A stretch of 64,000 bases of DNA from positions 140,016 through 204,015 of the forward strand of contig JAQGDQ010000416.1 in NCBI GenBank assembly GCA_030141605.1, in the 5' to 3' direction. Shown piece after piece: positions 58,661 to 64,000 of this stretch. Source of the DNA: Tubiluchus corallicola. Its lineage: Eukaryota; Animalia; Priapulida. Position 1 is the first letter of the stretch, and each line of letters begins with the position of its first letter. Made by a program: the position numbers and the translations under genes. Below the pieces are notes generated by a model. The model was given only the letters and a program-made list of their open reading frames with translations, did no database searches and was not told the origin of the DNA.

Positions 58661-58760
58661 TTACAGTGTATGTGCGCACTAGTGTAATATTGAGGTATAT
58701 TTACCGCCACTAGTTCAGAATCTGTTCTACGGTGTTCTTGTTCTTGTTAGTTCTGTACAC

Positions 58761-59171
58761 ATGAAGGCAGAAACGGACGACTGCAAAATGCATCAGACTG
58801 TTGTGGACACACCAAAGGATACGAAAGTTTTTCACCATTCCAATGCAAGCGAAATGCTGCTATACCCACAGCAGCATTTAGAAGAAGCTATTCGAAATAA
58901 CGATGGCTTAGAACTGATGAGGATATTACAGACTTGTAAAGGTTGTGTGAACAGCGTCGATGTAAATATCTACAATAAAGACGGTCAGACTGCACTTCAT
59001 CAGAGTTGCATCGAAGGCAACTTAGAACTGGTGAAATTATTAGTAAGATTTGGTGCTGACGTTAGACTAGCTAACAGGGACGGCTGGAATCCGTTGCATA
59101 TTGCTGTATTTGGTGGACATCAGGATATAGCTCTGTTTCTTATTGCAAATGCTAGCAATCACAAGAGGTAA
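58761..59171 (+). CDS. NRARP: Notch-regulated ankyrin repeat-containing protein, single exon, 136 aa
   Basis: Intact ATG-TAA ORF. GQTALHQSCIEGNLELVKLLVRFGADVRLANRDGWNPLHIAVFGGHQDIALFLI closely matches remembered vertebrate NRARP. Flanked by multiple CSL sites; AATAAA at 59853. Confidence 0.93.
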   Translation: MKAETDDCKMHQTVVDTPKDTKVFHHSNASEMLLYPQQHLEEAIRNNDGLELMRILQTCKGCVNSVDVNIYNKDGQTALHQSCIEGNLELVKLLVRFGADVRLANRDGWNPLHIAVFGGHQDIALFLIANASNHKR

Positions 59172-62100
59172 TAGGTCTTAGATGGCTTTGTTCATTATCA
59201 ACTACCTCGCAGACGGATGCATGTGATTCCAAAAGCCACTACTTGCATAACGAGTTTTCTTTCAAACTTACTGAAACAGGGTCTTATGAAGTGCCTGTTT
59301 TGCTTAGTATTATGCCGCCAGAGTAGAGCTCTGTTTAACCACCTCGTGTGAACAGCTCCTTATCTAATAGCCGAGGTTTCATAATTAAACTTTAGTCAAG
59401 AACAAACATTTTGTTGATACGTCTTGTAAAAGTTACCTTGTGATATCTACAAACGTCAGATTTTAGGACTTGTACAGTGAGAATGTCTATCAGCTTATTG
59501 TGTATACTGTACAGTATTGTGGCATTTATTTTCCCACGCTACTCTGCTCAATACAAGGACATGAATGTATGCCGTCTGCCTCGGGCTAATGCCTAGGCTT
59601 GCATTATTCCAGCTGGCAAACACAGACAAGACAACTCGCCGCCGCAGCTAAGACTCAGCATTTGAAAAGGTGCAGATATTTTTGTGGTTTGTTTATTCGG
59701 GATTAGGATATCTGACTGCATAAAGCAGCGCCTTATAAGCCTTGATAAACACAAGTCATGATAATTACTCCAACTAAATCAATGTCATGGTCTTTCCATA
59801 ATTAAAGAAATCTGGAATTTTCTATTGTACCGTTTCCGGTGGACTATTTTAAAATAAAGGAGGAAGTGCATTTGATTATTTATTATTCAGTTGAAATGAC
59901 CGTCGCCGAATACCTGTTAATAATAATGCTGTACTCTGTGCTGTTTGTATTCTACTGTATGTGATCACGCCTCCATCAGCTCATTACACTGCTGTCGGTC
60001 ACAGAGTCATAACGGCGTCAAAACTTCTTCAACAGGTTGCACACTAACATGCATGGAAACTAGAAGAAATGTTTTAGCAAGCTATAGTATTACCAACAAC
60101 GCATATGGCGGAGGCTTCAATTTCTTTCCCCGTCTGCCAGAACCCAGATGAGACGACGGGCCCTTCCGGTAAAAGCAAGCAACAGCAGCTGTAAATTCGC
60201 TGTCTGCTGTTTTCTTAGCATAGCTACTGTACATTATGTTCTTGCGGTTTGCGGTCTAGACTGTGTAGTAATAGTCTATGATGTTCAGTAGTGGGTTTCT
60301 AACATAAGCAGTTTACTGAAAAGCGTAAAAACCCCTCGTACAATGTTAAATTTATAATGATTCTCTTGACTTCAAAGCTTTGTTTTCTTGCAAAAACCAA
60401 CGTAAAAAACCATATGACTTTTGATAATAAAATATTAGTTTTTCAAGCTTTGGAGCTTTCACAATTTCTGGCTAGTTTCTCATTTTCTTTGTTAATTCTT
60501 TTGGCTGGTATAATACTTCAATAATTTCATATTTAGAGACATTTTTCCAGTTTTGCCAACGGCCGTGACGATAACGTGAATATTTACTTTAACTTTTACC
60601 TCTTCCTGTGACAGTAATTAAGGCCTAATATAAAAAGCCTTTTTCCAACCAGATATGGGATTTTTTTAACTAAAGTTGTATAAATTTAACGAAATTTAGC
60701 AGTGACATCACTATATACTTATACCAGTCAGTTATAAAAAAAATCAGAACTTTTAAATAAGTGCAAATTATTTTTCTGTCACAAGAATCTCTCTTACGGG
60801 GTTGCAATTTTCGGCAAAACTTTCTGTTAGGAAAGCATGGTAGGTTTTAACTTATTTTACTGATAAACAAAAAACAGTTTTTTTGCTGTTTTTCTTTTAA
60901 ATTTAAATTTTTAAACAGATATCTGTTCCGTCTGTATCATTAATATACCTAGGTGTTCCTGTGAATGAGGCAGAAACGGGTTAGGTACTTTTCGCTTAGT
61001 ATACAAGCCAGTTTCGCGCTGTATGTTATCTTCTGCCTAGAATTTGAAAGCATTAGACGAATTGACCCCTGCGGAGTAGAATCTATTGTATGCCGTTCTG
61101 CAGCGGCGTTTTAATCTCTCAGAACCAGCTTTACTTGCGGGCTCTGCCTAAGACTTTGTTTAAGAAAGTTTGCAAAAACGTTTTAAGACGTGCATAGTTG
61201 TTTATCTAAAGGGCCGTGGGTGGACTAGATGTTGGCTGGTGCGCCGTGCGCAAAGTACAATGGCTTACTAAACATTTTAGTACAGTATATAAATGTGCCA
61301 TATCGAGGTATTCTTGACTACATCTTTTGCAGTTTTTTTCTGCTAATCCAACCTTACTTAATTACAGTTTCGCTTACCTACTGCGCTATCTACTTTTACT
61401 AAGTATTGTAAATTTCGTGTAACACCATAAAGCCATAATATTAGCTTGTTGCCAACTATGTGTACGAATAGTATTATTTCATATTCATGGCATTAAAACT
61501 GGAAACTTCTTTGGTCGTTGAATGCGTTCATGAATTATTCTCGTGTAGTTAGTTGACTTGCTCCACACACTTTGACCTCTTCTACCTATCTGATCGCATC
61601 GAATGCAAACAGATTACAAGTTATGTATGCCAAGAATGCCTCCACTAAAGCGAGTTCAGATTTCTAGAGCAAATCGCTAGCCACATTCCATTGGTGAAAG
61701 GAATTATTTAACGGTGGCTTATATTATACATCTGCCATGTCTAGATGCCTTTGTTTCTCCACACATGCCGTTTCTAAATTTAGCGTCTCAGGCGCAGAAA
61801 CTACTGTACGAGCTGCAATAATTAAATACTATAATATATGCTTACTGTATGAAACACAACCAGTCTATCCCTTACGGCTCTCATTAATATTGAGCTTGTT
61901 GGGTTTTCGTTATCCACGTACTTCTGATTATCTGAACTACGAAATTAAGTTTTAATGAAATTTCATGTTGTGCTGGCGATTCTTTGCCAAATTATCTCTC
62001 TGAATTTAGCTGCTGTATACGATCATATTTTTAATCCTTCCTAAATTCTCTCCCAACAATAATAACTGTGTATTGTTTTACGAGATTTCTGCATAAAATT

Positions 62101-63648
62101 CATACGGCAGTAACATGATGTCTGAGAGCTTGAAAATAACTCTAATAATGTTAAAATACTTTGGGTATACAATATAAACTATAATTGATGTATAATGTCT
62201 ATCTGTGCGCTGTAACAGTTGGTTGAATAAAGGTTTATACTGAGGGAAATTGTATTTAAGTGTCACTGTACATACTATCAATTTAAAATGCTTTAACTGA
62301 ATTTTCGGATGGTTAGATTAATATATTGTATATAAATATATATATAGTTTTGTATTGTACAGTAAGTACTTAACGTTTGTAAATATGTACTTGATACAAG
62401 ATTCGTCTCAATTGTTACAATGTGTCTATAATTATCATTAACATGTAGTTACTTTGTTGCTAACCGATTAATTTCAACATGCCATGTTGGAGTTTGTTTG
62501 CATCATGGTATTTCTAGTTGTAAATATTTTCAGTTAGAAAGCTTGCCAAGATCATTGTTATGCGCCATGTACAGACACTTTGTTATTGTTTGAACTAATG
62601 TAAATTTTAAAATTGTAATTATATTGTCTAAAATTTACAAACGATTTTTTGTGTTTTCCTTATATTTGTGCAAGTTGTCTAAAAAAACAAGCATGACATT
62701 AATATCTAAAGTACAATATGTACAAGCTCCAGAAAAAAACAAGGTTTTCAAGAATGACAAACGGTTTGGAGTTAATATCATATATCGTTTGCGTGTAATT
62801 TTATTAAAGGCACAAATCTATGATGGATATTCCTTCTATTTAGTTATGAATTTTTATTCATTTACAATTTCAGTAATGTTCTATAGCTTTTACAAGAGTA
62901 AATAAAAAGTGTGTTATCATTTGGCGCCTGGTATGCAGTCCTACTGCGTACAATACGTCTCTAAAGATGGTAAAACGAAACTTGTGCAGTTTTATTTTTG
63001 TGACAGCACTAGCTAATCTGTGACAAGCTAAATACCAAAAGTCTTCGAAAATGAGCCATTTAATATTATATATAATTAGTAGGTCCTCGGCTATTGAATC
63101 CAAGTTGTTAGCCTCAGCCCCTTCGTAAAATGTGTGACACGCTGAAAAAATAATATACATGCAATTTATATAGATAATTTACTGGCACAGGAACTTTGAC
63201 AGCAAAACTACTCACGATTTTGACTTTCGAGAAAATCACAAATAATACTACACTTGCAATTGAATCCGTCTGAAGCAGTGAAAAGAATATTTAGTTATAG
63301 ATGCATTTAAACAGCAAACTTCTGAAATACATCGTTAGTTAGGCCACTTTGCTAACTAGTATTCCACTGAAAGTTTCAATGCGCTAAAAATAGTTTTATA
63401 TGTGTCTCGGCGCCTTTTTTTATGCACTTGCTCTCCCTAACTTAGGAATCTGGCTACGCCCCGTCTGAAACCCTTATTCTTCAAAGCCTAGCGTAGTTAC
63501 AAGCTGTTGACTTTGTCTGCTTGGATTTACTAAATTTATTTTATCATAAATTTGGGTTTAAACGAAAAAATATTTAATCCCAAACGGTAACTGTGCCTGT
63601 CAAATATGTCCGTACTTCGTGGGATGGTGAACTCATAATTGCCTATAC

Positions 63649-63650
<2 letters not shown>

Positions 63651-63692
<42 letters not shown>
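63651..63692. repeat. (AT)n microsatellite
   Basis: Run of about 20 AT dinucleotides. Confidence 0.95.
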
Positions 63693-63695
<3 letters not shown>

Positions 63696-64000
63696 TTGTC
63701 ATATTATACAATGTGAAATATCATTCAGTGATTGCCTGCCATGAATGGGCTACACTGCTAACAGTAAATGCGTCTGGAGCAAAAAAATAAAACTACGAGT
63801 GCAGTAGGTGTGTACAAAAACGCAAGTAATAAAATAAAAAAAAGATTTACTGGCGATTTTCAGCACTTTAATAATATCACCGTACCAATGATCTATCCAT
63901 ATAATGCAAACATTTGTATCTGTCGTGTATCATTGAAAATTGTGATAGAATTCGATTGTAAGATTAAACGAAGGCGTAATCACTGTAGTAACATCACTAG

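Noticed and set aside
59900-64000. Short ORFs at the right end of the window
   Set aside because: No recognisable domains or coherent exon chain; treated as non-coding flank.

Overview
AT-rich animal (invertebrate-like) genomic DNA with spliced genes, not prokaryotic. I assembled five protein-coding genes by hand from splice sites, reading frame and recalled similarity to human orthologues. They are TBCD (- strand, 23 exons visible, runs off the left edge), PIGQ (+, 9 coding exons), a CCP110/CP110 homologue (-, 9 coding exons), folliculin FLCN (+, 12 coding exons, one probable GC-AG intron) and single-exon NRARP (+), which is surrounded by many CSL/Su(H)-type sites. Introns and intergenic DNA hold a CR1/L2-type LINE fragment, several hAT-type, piggyBac-type and pogo-type non-autonomous elements (some nested, most with target-site duplications), and a decayed Merlin (IS1595-like) transposon. 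There are also two minimal hammerhead-ribozyme motifs, three minisatellites and microsatellites. I found no convincing wholly new multi-gene system. The best leads are the hammerhead motifs, the nested Merlin/hAT elements, the Notch-responsive regulatory landscape of NRARP, a splice-signal-bearing minisatellite in FLCN and a coding repeat in CP110. No database searches were run; homology calls rest on recalled motifs.
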